In this document: in pieces, positions 17,775-29,021 of the stretch
Layout: each line of letters begins with the position of its first letter
Numbering within the stretch: position 1 is the stretch's first letter
NCBI GenBank assembly: GCA_046756405.1
Contig: JBHHWH010000002.1
Coordinates: forward strand, 240-64,239
Direction of reading: 5' to 3'
Length of the DNA: 64,000 nt
Origin: Acidimicrobiia bacterium
GTDB lineage: Bacteria > Actinomycetota > Acidimicrobiia > Spongiisociales > ZC4RG35
The notes under the pieces: model-generated
Databases searched by the model: none
Told to the model about the DNA's origin: nothing
The model's input: the letters and a program-made list of their open reading frames with translations, nothing else
Program-made: the position numbers and the translations under genes

Positions 17775-20057
17775 GTGACCAGCGAACACACCATCCCCTC
17801 GTTCATCGGCGCCCGGGTTCAGCGCCGGGAAGACCCAGCCTTGATCAGCGGCGGCGCCAGCTACGTCGACGATATCGTTCCCACCGGAACCCTCCACCTC
17901 GCTCTGGTTCGATCCCCGTTCGCCCATGCCGAGATCACCGGCATCGACGTCAATGCGGCCCGGGAGGTCCCAGGGGTGTGGGCGATCATCACCCCCGACC
18001 AGGTGGCCGGTGTCTCCATGCCACCCACACCCAACCCGAAGCGGAACGTTCCCCGCCGCTACCCCCTCGTCCAGGGCAGGGCGCTGATGGTGGGCGATCC
18101 GGTAGTGGCTGTGGTCGCCGAGTCGGCGGCGGCCGCCCGGGACGCCGCCGACATGGTCTTCGTCGACTTCGAGCCCTTAGAGGTGGTCGGCGACGTGGAA
18201 GAGGCCATTGAGGCGCCCCCGATCCATCCTGACTTCGAATCCAACGTGGCCTACGACCGCTCCAAAGGCGACCGGGAGGCGTTCGACGCCCTGGACGGGT
18301 CCATTCGCCTTGCCGGTGTGGTGGAACACCCCAGGGTGGTCCCCGCTCCGATAGAGACACGGGCGATCCTCGCCGAGTGGAGGTCGGACGGGCTGACTGT
18401 CCACCTGTCCAGCCAGGCGCCGGCCCTCATGGCGGAACGTCTAGCTGAAGACTTCGACCTGCCCCAAACGGCGGTGCGGGTCATCACCCCCTTCGTCGGC
18501 GGCGGGTTCGGCTGCAAGTTCGACCTGGCCGAAGAGGAGTACCTGACCGTGATCGCTGCCCGAAGGACAGGACGCCCGGTCAAGTGGACCGAGACCCGAC
18601 GGGAACACATGCTGACCATCGGTCATGGCCGTGCCCAGCGGCATCGCTGGGAAGTGGTCGCCGACGAAGAAGGCCGCATAGAGGGCCTCTGGGTGGACAG
18701 CTTGATCGACCTCGGCTGTCGTCACCGCTACCTCTCCTTCATGGAGATCACTCCCCGGATGGGCACCGGCAACTACAGGGTCCCCGTCTACGGCTGGCGG
18801 ATGCGGGGAGTATGGACCAACCGGGCTCCTCGGGGCATCTACCGGGGGGCGGGCCGCCCCGAGGCGACCCTCACCGTCGAGCGGGTTGTGGAGGCGGTGG
18901 CCCGAGCCACCGGTCTCGACCCGGCGGAAGTGCGACGGCGCAACTTCATCCCTCCGGACGAATTCCCCTACGAGTCTTCGGGAGGGGGAGCCCTGGGCGG
19001 TTTCACCTACGACACCGGTGACTACCACAAGGCCCTGGACCGCCTCCTCGAGGTGGCCGACTATGAGGGTCTGCGCCGCTACCAGACGGAGGCCAGGGAG
19101 CAGGGGCGGATCGTCGGAATCGGCCTCTCCTCCTATGTGGAGGTCTGCGGATTTGAGAGCTGGGGGGCGGCCAGGATCCAGGTTCACTCCGACGGGTCGG
19201 TGACCGTTTTCGTCGAGACCCTCGACCAGGGTCAGGGCCACCGAACCTCCTTCGCTCAGATCGTGGCCTCGGTGCTAGGGCTGGAGGTGAGCCGGGTACG
19301 GATCGAGCAGGGCGACACCACAACCTCTCCCTACGGGTGGGGAACCTCGGGATCGAGATCGATAGCCCAGGGTGGTTCGGCGAGCTATGCCGCGGCGACC
19401 AAAGTGGCGGAGAAGGCGAGACGCATCGCCGCCCATCTCCTCGAGGCCTCGGATGCGGACATCATCCTCGCTGAGGGAAAGGCGACCGTGGCGGGCACGG
19501 ATGTATCAGTCGCCTGGGAGGAAGTGGTCCAGGCGGCGCTGGCGGGGAAGGTTCCCGAGGGGATGGAGCCAGGCCTCGACGACGAGGTCCATTTCCGTTC
19601 CGGCGGACTCAACTTCCCCTTCGGAACCCACCTTGCCGTGGTGGAGATCGACCCCGACACCGGGGCGGTGACCTTGGAGCGAATGTGGGCGGTGGACGAC
19701 GCCGGGAACATCATCAACCCGATGCTGGCCGAAGGTCAGCGCCACGGCGGGCTAGCCCAGGGGGTGGGTCAGGCGCTGTGGGAGATGGCCCGCTACGACG
19801 AGGACGGCAACCTGATGACCTCGTCGTTCATGGACTATCTGATCCCCACCGCCGGATCGTTGCCGTCGTTTCGTCTCGACGCCACCGTCACCCCCACCCC
19901 CACCAACCCCCAAGGAGCGAAGGGGATCGGCGAGGCCGGGGCCATCGGCTCCACCCCAGCGGTGGTCAACGCGGTATCCGATGCCCTCGACGGCGCCAAC
20001 GTCCAAATTCCCATCACCCCCGAGCAGGTCTGGAGAATCCTCCACTCGCGAACCTAA
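17775..20057 (+). CDS. Xanthine-dehydrogenase-family molybdopterin-binding large subunit, CoxL-like (form-II-type active-site loop)
   Basis: 760 aa. Two Mo-hydroxylase large-subunit domains. Loop GIYRGAGRPEA matches the AYRGAGR (form II) pattern, not the AYRCSFR motif of bona fide CO dehydrogenase. GTG start. Confidence 0.85.
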   Translation: MTSEHTIPSFIGARVQRREDPALISGGASYVDDIVPTGTLHLALVRSPFAHAEITGIDVNAAREVPGVWAIITPDQVAGVSMPPTPNPKRNVPRRYPLVQGRALMVGDPVVAVVAESAAAARDAADMVFVDFEPLEVVGDVEEAIEAPPIHPDFESNVAYDRSKGDREAFDALDGSIRLAGVVEHPRVVPAPIETRAILAEWRSDGLTVHLSSQAPALMAERLAEDFDLPQTAVRVITPFVGGGFGCKFDLAEEEYLTVIAARRTGRPVKWTETRREHMLTIGHGRAQRHRWEVVADEEGRIEGLWVDSLIDLGCRHRYLSFMEITPRMGTGNYRVPVYGWRMRGVWTNRAPRGIYRGAGRPEATLTVERVVEAVARATGLDPAEVRRRNFIPPDEFPYESSGGGALGGFTYDTGDYHKALDRLLEVADYEGLRRYQTEAREQGRIVGIGLSSYVEVCGFESWGAARIQVHSDGSVTVFVETLDQGQGHRTSFAQIVASVLGLEVSRVRIEQGDTTTSPYGWGTSGSRSIAQGGSASYAAATKVAEKARRIAAHLLEASDADIILAEGKATVAGTDVSVAWEEVVQAALAGKVPEGMEPGLDDEVHFRSGGLNFPFGTHLAVVEIDPDTGAVTLERMWAVDDAGNIINPMLAEGQRHGGLAQGVGQALWEMARYDEDGNLMTSSFMDYLIPTAGSLPSFRLDATVTPTPTNPQGAKGIGEAGAIGSTPAVVNAVSDALDGANVQIPITPEQVWRILHSRT

Positions 20058-20130
20058 TGCACCAGGGCCCGGATGCGGACCTTTGCGCAAACAGAACGAT
20101 CCGGTCGCCGGAAGCAGTGCTTCCGCCGGC

Positions 20131-21177
20131 TCAGAACTGGTCGAGGAACCCGAAGAACAGGCTGTTCCAGCGCTCCGCCGAGTCGAAGTGTGGGCCGTGG
20201 CCGGCGCCTTCGACGATCTCGCTCTGTACCGACCCGCCCTGATCGGTGTACCGGTCTAAGACCGCCCGTATCTGGGAGGCCATCGGCTGGGGCGGGTAGA
20301 CGTCGTCGCCCGGCCACCCCGGTACCACACCCAGCTTGCCCAGGTTCCCCATGTCCCAGGCAGACGCGTCGGAGACCACGATGTCGTCACTGCCGTGGGT
20401 CCAAAGGATCGGGGGCTTGGGGTCGATCTCTACGATCTCGTCCCAACGGCAGTACTTACCCGAGAGAGCATTGAGGATTCCTCTCGTGCCAGGGGCGAAG
20501 CCAGGCCAATTCTCCGAAGCGGTGAAGTCGCCCGGATAGCCCTCGTCGCCGATCAGCGTCTTGAAGATCTCGTCGAGGAGCATCTCCTCCCTGTCCGGCG
20601 GCTCCCGGTGAGTCGCAGCCCAGTAGGAGCTGTTCATCACCTTCCGGGGCGAGAAGTCGGACTCCTCGCTCCGGTCCTTGGCGGTGAGGCGTTCCACGAA
20701 CTCCGGGGCTACCCCGGCTCCACCGGTGCCGGCGAAGTCGTCGAAGCAGGGTGTCCCTTGGACATCCTTGGTTCCTCCGAAGCCGTAGGGCGATACCGGG
20801 TCGATGAAGGTCAGCGACGCCACCTCCTCGGGGTGGTCGATGGCATAGTGGGCGATGGCCGCGCCTCCAGTGGACCATCCCACCAGGTGCACCGGCCGGT
20901 CGATGCCCAGAGCCTGAACGAGGCTGTGGGTGTCGTCGGACCAATCTCGGAGGCCCCGGGTGGCGTCGAGGCCCAGGGGTTCGGTGTCTCCGAAGCCACG
21001 CATGTCGGGAGCAATGAACCGGTACCGACCAGGAGCGGCCTCCATGACATGTTCGAAGAAGCGCCCGGTGGCGAGGTTCCCATGGATCATCACCACGGGG
21101 ATGCCGTCTTCAGGGCCGGACTCGATGTAATGCATCCGAAGCCGGGAAGTGTCCTCGAAGTTGGATTGGACGGCCAT
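20131..21177 (-). CDS. Alpha/beta-fold hydrolase
   Basis: 348 aa from internal ATG (MAVQSNFEDTSRLRMHYIESG...) with strong SD (AAGGAGGAA). HG oxyanion-hole motif VVMIHGN. Nucleophile elbow GWSTGG. Confidence 0.7.
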   Translation of the reverse strand: MAVQSNFEDTSRLRMHYIESGPEDGIPVVMIHGNLATGRFFEHVMEAAPGRYRFIAPDMRGFGDTEPLGLDATRGLRDWSDDTHSLVQALGIDRPVHLVGWSTGGAAIAHYAIDHPEEVASLTFIDPVSPYGFGGTKDVQGTPCFDDFAGTGGAGVAPEFVERLTAKDRSEESDFSPRKVMNSSYWAATHREPPDREEMLLDEIFKTLIGDEGYPGDFTASENWPGFAPGTRGILNALSGKYCRWDEIVEIDPKPPILWTHGSDDIVVSDASAWDMGNLGKLGVVPGWPGDDVYPPQPMASQIRAVLDRYTDQGGSVQSEIVEGAGHGPHFDSAERWNSLFFGFLDQF

Positions 21178-21233
21178 CGCTTCCTCCTTGTCTCGGAGGG
21201 TGGAAACTAGTCGTCGCCTAGGAAGGGTCGAAA

Positions 21234-23266
<2,033 letters not shown>

Positions 23267-23350
23267 CGGCGAGTTCCTTTCATACCCCGCGAACCTAGCG
23301 CCAACCCTCTAGAAACCGTTATCCCGCGGCGATAGTTTCGCACGTGAGGG

Positions 23351-24019
23351 GTGATGATGTTCGCGCTTTTGGTCTCCGTCGTCTGTCTGACCGCCCCCGT
23401 GAACGGTCCCATCACCGCAGGCTATTCCCCTGCGTCGGAGCCGAGCCACTGGGGTGTGGACTATGCAGCCGGGTTTGGGCATCCGGTGCTCGCACCGACC
23501 TCGGGCGTGGTCACCTTTGCTGGCTCGGTGGCGGGGATGCTGTCGGTCACCATCCAGCCAGTGCCGGGGTTCAAGGTGTCGGTCTCCTACCTGTCTGAGA
23601 TCACGGTTGCTGAGGGTGCCTGGGTGAGGAGAGGCCAGGTCATCGGTGGGGCGGGTGCTCCCCACGGGGTACCCGGGGTGCACCTGTCCACGAGGATCGA
23701 CGGCCGATACATCGACCCAGCGACCCAGATGGGCTGTGTGCGCACCGACATCCCCCGGGCCCTGCGGCTGCTTCCACCTCCGCAGTCCTATCCTCGCACC
23801 CGTGCGCACCGGAATCCTCGGCGGGACCTTCGATCCCGTCCACATAGCTCACCTCCACGCCGGCGAGACAGCCCTCCACCAGGCTGGCCTCGACCGAGTG
23901 GTGTTCATCCCCGCCGGGGACCCCTGGCAGAAGGCAAGCCGGGGAGTCACCGAGGCCGCCCATCGGTTAGAGATGGTGCGCCTGGCCGCAGAAGGCGTCC
24001 CCGGGTTCGAAGTAGATGA
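23351..24019 (+). CDS. Secreted M23/LytM-family metallopeptidase (short); the 3' portion of the ORF is probably not coding in this frame
   Basis: Signal peptide MMMFALLVSVVCLTAPV. LytM motifs HWGVDYAAGFGHPVLAPTSGVV and PHGVPGVHLSTRIDGRYIDP. After about residue 130 the frame becomes Arg/Pro-rich low complexity and overlaps nadD. Confidence 0.6.
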   Translation: MMMFALLVSVVCLTAPVNGPITAGYSPASEPSHWGVDYAAGFGHPVLAPTSGVVTFAGSVAGMLSVTIQPVPGFKVSVSYLSEITVAEGAWVRRGQVIGGAGAPHGVPGVHLSTRIDGRYIDPATQMGCVRTDIPRALRLLPPPQSYPRTRAHRNPRRDLRSRPHSSPPRRRDSPPPGWPRPSGVHPRRGPLAEGKPGSHRGRPSVRDGAPGRRRRPRVRSR

Positions 24020-24422
24020 CCGGGAGGTGGCTCGGGAGGGGCCGACCTACACCGCCGATACCCTGGCCAGCTTTCCCGTTGACGAAGATCTCTTCCTCAT
24101 CCTCGGCGCCGACTCGGTTCTCGGCATCGAAACCTGGCATCGCTATGACGAGGTACTAGACCGGGTGACGGTGCTGGTCGCGCCCCGTCCCGGCTATGAC
24201 CCCGACGAGGTGCTGGCCCTTATCCCCGACGCGGTGATCCTGGAGATGGCACCGCTGGGAGTGCGAGGGACCGAGATTCGGGCCATGGCTCGGGAGGGAC
24301 GGCCGTTTCGGTTCCTGGTCACCGACACCGTCTACAGGTACATATTGGAGCAGAACCTCTACACCGATGCTCCCAAAGGCGATAGTGTGGGGGTCCCAGA
24401 GAAACCGGAGGAACAGTCGTAG
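23802..24422 (+). CDS. nadD: Nicotinate-nucleotide adenylyltransferase
   Basis: About 206 aa from in-frame GTG (VRTGILGGTFDPVHIAHL...). HxGH-type motif GGTFDPVHIAH. The track ORF 23646.. has a non-homologous N-terminal extension. Followed by rsfS as in many bacteria. Confidence 0.8.
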   Translation: MRTGILGGTFDPVHIAHLHAGETALHQAGLDRVVFIPAGDPWQKASRGVTEAAHRLEMVRLAAEGVPGFEVDDREVAREGPTYTADTLASFPVDEDLFLILGADSVLGIETWHRYDEVLDRVTVLVAPRPGYDPDEVLALIPDAVILEMAPLGVRGTEIRAMAREGRPFRFLVTDTVYRYILEQNLYTDAPKGDSVGVPEKPEEQS

Positions 24423-24445
24423 AGCAGAGTGTCGAACTGGCCCGG

Positions 24446-24787
24446 ATGGCCGCCGATGCCATCTTCGCCAAGAAAGGAACCGACATCGTCCTGCTCGACG
24501 TCGAGGCGGTGTTCCTGCTCTCGGACATCTTCGTGATAGCCACCGGCACTTCGCGCCCTCATGTGCAGGCCCTCGCCGACCATGTGGAAGAGAAGCTCAA
24601 GGAGGGGGCGGGAGTAAAGCCCTTGCGGGTCGAGGGGCGGTCTGAGGCCGAGTGGGTGCTGATCGACTACGGGGACATCATCGTCCATCTGTTTCAGGAG
24701 CCGGCACGGGAGTACTACTCGCTGGAGCGGTTGTGGGGCGACTCGGAGCGGGTGAGGTGGGAGGAGCCCGCGGTCACCGACCGGTGA
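24446..24787 (+). CDS. rsfS: Ribosomal silencing factor RsfS (Iojap)
   Basis: 113 aa: KKGTDIVLLDV...IFVIATGTSRPHVQALADHVEEKLKE...WVLIDYGDIIVHLFQEPAREYYSLERLWGD. Confidence 0.85.
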   Translation: MAADAIFAKKGTDIVLLDVEAVFLLSDIFVIATGTSRPHVQALADHVEEKLKEGAGVKPLRVEGRSEAEWVLIDYGDIIVHLFQEPAREYYSLERLWGDSERVRWEEPAVTDR

Positions 24788-24833
24788 GCGTTTCACCTTG
24801 ACGCCCACGACGCCGTAGAATCTCACTTCACTC

Positions 24834-24907
24834 GGGGCTGTAGCTCAGTTCGGCAGAGCACTTGACTGGCAGTCAAGGGGTCAGGGGTTCAAATCCCCTC
24901 AGCTCCA
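24834..24907 (+). tRNA. tRNA-Ala (anticodon GGC)
   Basis: Cloverleaf read by hand: acceptor GGGGCTG/CAGCTCC with the G3-U70 pair diagnostic of tRNA-Ala. D-arm GCTCAGTTCGGCAGAGC. Anticodon loop CTGGCAG. T-arm GGGGTTCAAATCCCC. CCA not encoded intact. Confidence 0.85.
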
Positions 24908-25025
24908 CCCAAACTCCTCGTCTCAGCGATTCACAAGCCGTCCTCTCTCCCGTCGGCCCTCGGTGCTAGCTTCGACCGGGTCCACCATGGCCTGAAACAG
25001 GGCGTCGCCACGTCCCGGAGGAGCA

Positions 25026-26702
25026 ATGACACCGAACCCAACCCCTTCTATGGCTCTTATCCAAGCGGGTTGGGATGCCGTTGCCCGGTCGGCGTGGGTC
25101 GAGGCGCGGGGACACTTCGAAGCGGCCCTCGCTGAGACTGAGACGCCGGAAGCGTTGGAGGGCTTGGGGATTGCGGCTTGGTTCCTAGATGACGCCGCCA
25201 CCGTCTTTGGGGCGCGAGAAGCTGCGTACCGCCTCTATCGGGAGCGCGGCGATCATCAGGCGGCGGCGCGCCTGGCAGCCTTTTTGGCTATGGACTACGG
25301 CATGCTTCGCGGTGAGGTTGCAGTGTCGCAGGGCTGGTTCCAAAGGGCGGAGCGGCTGCTCGATGGAACAGGGCCTACTCCGGAGAGCGGATTTCTTGCA
25401 CTGCTTGCCGGGGTTATGGCGATCGACTACGCGAACGACACTGTTACAGCCCGCCAGGCCGCGGTGCAGGTCATTGATATCGGCCGAGCGCTGGGGATCA
25501 CCGATCTCGAGATGGTCGGCCTGGCGTTGGAGGGCATCGCCATGGTGAGCAACGGCCAGGTGGAGGAGGGGATGCGGCGCCTCGACGAGGCCACCGTGGC
25601 AGCCATCGGCGGCGAGATGGAGGACCCGCTGATGATCGGCCTCACCTCCTGTTACATGATGTTCGCCTGTGAGCGTGTCCGAGATTTTGACCGCGCCGCA
25701 CAGTGGTGCGAGAGGGTCAAGGAGTATTGCCGGCGAGTCGGGCTGCGGTTCCTGCTCTCGATCTGTCGGGCCCACTATGCCTCCATCCTCATCACCCGTG
25801 GCCAATGGGCGGACGCCGAAAAGGAACTCGTTCCAGTGGTGGAGGAGATGGTCAAAACCATGCCCGGCATCGCCCACGACGGAGTCATTCGCCTGGCCGA
25901 CCTCCGGCTTCGCCAGGGGAGATTGGAGGAAGCTGACGGCTTGCTGTCACAGGCCGACTCCCATGCCTTCGGTCAGCTGGGGCTGGCGGCGGTCGCCCTC
26001 GAGCGAGGTGACCCCAGCGCCGCCTCGGACCTGTCAGAACGGTGCCTACGCCGAGTCCCCGAGGAAAACGTCACCGAGCGGGCCGCAGGCATCGAGATCC
26101 TCGTTAGGGCAAGGGCGGCCTTGGGCGACGTTGCCGGGGCGAGGGAAGCTCTGGTGGAGCTTCGGGCGGTGGCAGAGCTTGTGGGCACGCCCCTGCTCGT
26201 GGCGGCGGCGAAGGCCGCCGAGGGCGTTGTGGCCGCGGCGAGTAGTGACCATGATCGGGCACGCCGGTTGCTAGAAGATGCAGTCGACCTCTATCGGGGA
26301 CAGCACGCCCTCTATGACGAAGCGCGGGCGAGGATGGATTTGGCACGCTCCCTCGAGGCCGTCGGACTCGGGGCGAAGGCGGTCCGAGAATGCGAACAGG
26401 CCCTAACGACTTTCGGCGAGGTCGGCGCCGGACTCGACGCCGAACGAGCCGGGAATCTGGCCGCAGAGCTGCGGCAGACGGCTTCTGCTGACGATGCACC
26501 TGGCGTTACCGGCCCGCTCACGGCTCGGGAGGTGGAGGTTCTGGGCCTCGTGGCAGACGGCCTGTCCAATAGGGAGATAGCCGCTCGCCTCGTGCTGTCT
26601 GAACACACCGTGAAACGGCACATGTCGAACATCCTCACCAAACTCGGTGTTGGTTCTCGGGCAGCCGCCGTGGCCAGGGCCTCCCGCGACTCCATCCTCT
26701 AG
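25026..26702 (+). CDS. LuxR-family transcriptional regulator with large N-terminal TPR-like/alpha-helical domain
   Basis: 558 aa. C-terminal HTH_LuxR ([45 protein letters not shown]). N-terminal Ala/Leu-rich helical repeats. Good SD (GGAGGAG). Confidence 0.8.
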   Translation: MTPNPTPSMALIQAGWDAVARSAWVEARGHFEAALAETETPEALEGLGIAAWFLDDAATVFGAREAAYRLYRERGDHQAAARLAAFLAMDYGMLRGEVAVSQGWFQRAERLLDGTGPTPESGFLALLAGVMAIDYANDTVTARQAAVQVIDIGRALGITDLEMVGLALEGIAMVSNGQVEEGMRRLDEATVAAIGGEMEDPLMIGLTSCYMMFACERVRDFDRAAQWCERVKEYCRRVGLRFLLSICRAHYASILITRGQWADAEKELVPVVEEMVKTMPGIAHDGVIRLADLRLRQGRLEEADGLLSQADSHAFGQLGLAAVALERGDPSAASDLSERCLRRVPEENVTERAAGIEILVRARAALGDVAGAREALVELRAVAELVGTPLLVAAAKAAEGVVAAASSDHDRARRLLEDAVDLYRGQHALYDEARARMDLARSLEAVGLGAKAVRECEQALTTFGEVGAGLDAERAGNLAAELRQTASADDAPGVTGPLTAREVEVLGLVADGLSNREIAARLVLSEHTVKRHMSNILTKLGVGSRAAAVARASRDSIL

Positions 26703-26846
26703 CCGCCGGAGTCCTGGAGGCGACCGTTGAGAGGATGGCCCAGACGGGCCATTTCCCCCGACCCGGTTGGAAATGGCCCGCATGGGCGAAGCCGGCAGAG
26801 GTTTCGTTGCGTACTTTGACCATCGTTGGAGGCAAGGAGGAATGTC

Positions 26847-27293
26847 ATGCCGAGCATGGAAGTGAGCGAGATCGTCGAACGACCCGTCGCAGAGGTCTGG
26901 GCGTACATCGAGGACCCCCGCAACGAAACCGAGTGGCAGTCGGCCGCCCGGGAGCGCGAGCTGCTGGACGACGGCGAGATAGGCAAAGGAACCCGGTACC
27001 GCGGGGTCGATGGCTTTCTCGGCCGGCGACTCACCTTCGTGTGGGAGGTGACCGAATATGACCCTGAGGACCGTCTGGTGATCCAAGCGACAGAGGGCCC
27101 GATGGAAACCCAGTTCGCCTTCGAGCTGACACCGGTAGACGGAGGCACCAAGGTCACCTACGGCGGTGAGGCAGAAAACGGGTTCGGCGGACTCTTCGGG
27201 AGGCTCCTCGACCCAGTCGTCACGGGAATCTTCCAGCGGGAATCGCAGAACGACCTTGCCAAGCTCAAGGCGATCCTCGAGGCCAATTCGTAG
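26847..27293 (+). CDS. SRPBCC (polyketide-cyclase/START-like; CoxG-type fold) protein
   Basis: 148 aa from the ATG 7 nt after the AGGAGG SD. Typical SRPBCC pattern (VERPVAEVWAYIEDPRNETEWQ ... G). The track ORF begins at an upstream TTG. Confidence 0.7.
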   Translation: MPSMEVSEIVERPVAEVWAYIEDPRNETEWQSAARERELLDDGEIGKGTRYRGVDGFLGRRLTFVWEVTEYDPEDRLVIQATEGPMETQFAFELTPVDGGTKVTYGGEAENGFGGLFGRLLDPVVTGIFQRESQNDLAKLKAILEANS

Positions 27294-27326
27294 TCAGCGA
27301 GCCCTTGGGAACAACAGGAAACGATT

Positions 27327-28142
27327 GTGCAAGAGATGATGTCACAGAAGTCAGTGATGCAGGGTCGGCTCTGGAGTGCCCGAGCGGGGGACTGGGCGGA
27401 GACCCTGGAGGGACCCCAAGGATGGGGGATCCCCCTTTATAAACTAGTGCTTGATAGGGCCGACATCGGTCCTGGGGCGGCTGTCCTGGATGTGGGCTGC
27501 GGCGCCGGACGGTTCGTCAGGATGGCTGCCGACCGGGGGGCGACAGTGGCCGGTATCGATGCCGCGGAGGCCATGGTGGCGATCGCCCGGGAGCGCACCC
27601 CCGACGGCGACTTCCGTCTCGGTGACATGGAAGCGCTGCCCTGGGATGCAGCCACTTTCGACACCGTGACCGCCTTCAGCGCGCTCCAGTTCGCCACGGA
27701 CACAGGCAAAGCGCTGGGGGAAGCCGGGCGCGTGACTCGGAAGAATGGACGGATCGTCGTTGCGGTTCCGGGACCACCCGAGGACTCGGAGTTCACCCCG
27801 TTCATGATGGCGCTCCAGCCACTTATGCCGCCGCCGCCACCCGGGACAGCTTCAAGGGGGGATCCTTTCGCCCTTTCGGAGCCGCGGAAACTAGAAGAGC
27901 TGCTTCGCCACGCCGGACTGACGCCGCGAGAGGCCGGAAAGGTCGACTGTCCAATGGAGTTCGTAGACCAGGAAACGATGCTTGCGGGGATGCTTGCCGC
28001 AGGGCCGGCTGTCCTGGCAATCCAAAACGTAGGCGAGGAGGAGGTGCGCCGTGCCGCGATCCGGTCACTGGCTCCCTTCAGAAGCGCCGCTGGCGGCTAC
28101 CGACTGGAGAACACCTTCCAATACCACGTCGCCACGACTTGA
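27327..28142 (+). CDS. Class I SAM-dependent methyltransferase (Methyltransf_11-like)
   Basis: SAM motif I VLDVGCGAGRF. Post-I acidic residue GIDAAEAM. Start ambiguous: GTG 27327, or ATG 27336 or 27339. Confidence 0.75.
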   Translation: MQEMMSQKSVMQGRLWSARAGDWAETLEGPQGWGIPLYKLVLDRADIGPGAAVLDVGCGAGRFVRMAADRGATVAGIDAAEAMVAIARERTPDGDFRLGDMEALPWDAATFDTVTAFSALQFATDTGKALGEAGRVTRKNGRIVVAVPGPPEDSEFTPFMMALQPLMPPPPPGTASRGDPFALSEPRKLEELLRHAGLTPREAGKVDCPMEFVDQETMLAGMLAAGPAVLAIQNVGEEEVRRAAIRSLAPFRSAAGGYRLENTFQYHVATT

Positions 28143-28194
28143 GCCAGAGACGTGATCCTGAGCGCGGCATGATCGCTGACTGAGCGGAGGCCCT

Positions 28195-28860
28195 ATGGCT
28201 GGGTGTTGCAGTCTCGCCGACTATGGACAGGTCTTCAGCTCCCGGCAGGCGCGCTGGGACGCATGGAGATATGCAAGAAGGGGGCTCGGCTGGGCGCCTG
28301 GCCGGACCGTTGATCTGTTTAGGGATCGGGTCATAGACGGCGCTTCTCTGCTTGAGATAGGCGGTGGCATCGGAGACCTTCAGGTGGAGCTGCTGCGGCT
28401 AGGGGTGACTAGGGCGGTCTCGGTCGAGCTTTCACCCTCCTACGAGGAGACCGCGACAAGAATCCTGCGAGACGCCGGATTCGACACCGCGGTGACGCGA
28501 CTGACCGGGGACTTCATCGATATGTACGACCGCGTAGAGCGTGCCGACCTTGTGGTCATGCACAACGTTCTCTGTTGCTATCCGGATATGCGCCGCCTGG
28601 TTGAAGCCGCAGCGGAAAAGACCAGGAACTACTTGATTGTTAGCTACCCGCGCAACACATGGTGGCTGCGTGCCGCGGCCAAGACAATGAATCACGTCTG
28701 GTATCGGCGGGTACGGCGGTGCGACTTCAGGTTTTTCATCCACCCACCGGCCGAAGTCCGCCGAGCTGCGCTCTCCGCCGGCCTGAACCTGTTACATAGA
28801 GAGCGCAGCGTAGGAGACCATCTGGAGGTTTTTCGGAGGGGGGTCGATGCGACGACCTGA
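28195..28860 (+). CDS. Putative SAM-dependent methyltransferase-like protein
   Basis: 221 aa. Glycine-rich motif LLEIGGGIGDL followed by the acidic VSVELSP pattern. Good SD (GGAGG) 5 nt upstream. No closer family assignable by eye. Confidence 0.5.
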   Translation: MAGCCSLADYGQVFSSRQARWDAWRYARRGLGWAPGRTVDLFRDRVIDGASLLEIGGGIGDLQVELLRLGVTRAVSVELSPSYEETATRILRDAGFDTAVTRLTGDFIDMYDRVERADLVVMHNVLCCYPDMRRLVEAAAEKTRNYLIVSYPRNTWWLRAAAKTMNHVWYRRVRRCDFRFFIHPPAEVRRAALSAGLNLLHRERSVGDHLEVFRRGVDATT

Positions 28861-28892
28861 GCGAGGCACCGAACGACCGACAGGGTCGATCC

Positions 28893-28915
28893 GGCTCCCG
28901 TCGAGCCCTTTTTCT
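28893..28915 (+). terminator. Weak intrinsic-terminator candidate (ggctc-ccgtc-gagcc followed by CTTTTTCT)
   Basis: 5-bp GC stem plus T5 tract 30 nt downstream of the methyltransferase-like stop. Lies in the convergent gap before the EAL gene. Confidence 0.3.
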
Positions 28916-29021
28916 ACTGGCTGACGATGACACCAGCCTGCCGAGGTCCGCGGGTGTTCGGGCGATTTGGTCCCCATAGCCTCGAACCGCCCCCACCTCG
29001 TTTCACACCGTGTGGGCTCCT

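Noticed and set aside
20057-20131. Small hairpin cggaagc-agt-gcttccg between CoxL-like and hydrolase genes considered as a bidirectional terminator
   Set aside because: 7-bp stem with 3-nt loop partially overlapping the hydrolase stop codon. Too weak and short to call with confidence.
26847-27293. SRPBCC protein considered as CoxG belonging to the cox-like module
   Set aside because: It is 7 kb from the CoxL-like gene, on the far side of the nadD-rsfS-tRNA block, under its own SD. Only the fold class is shared, so linkage to cox is not supportable.
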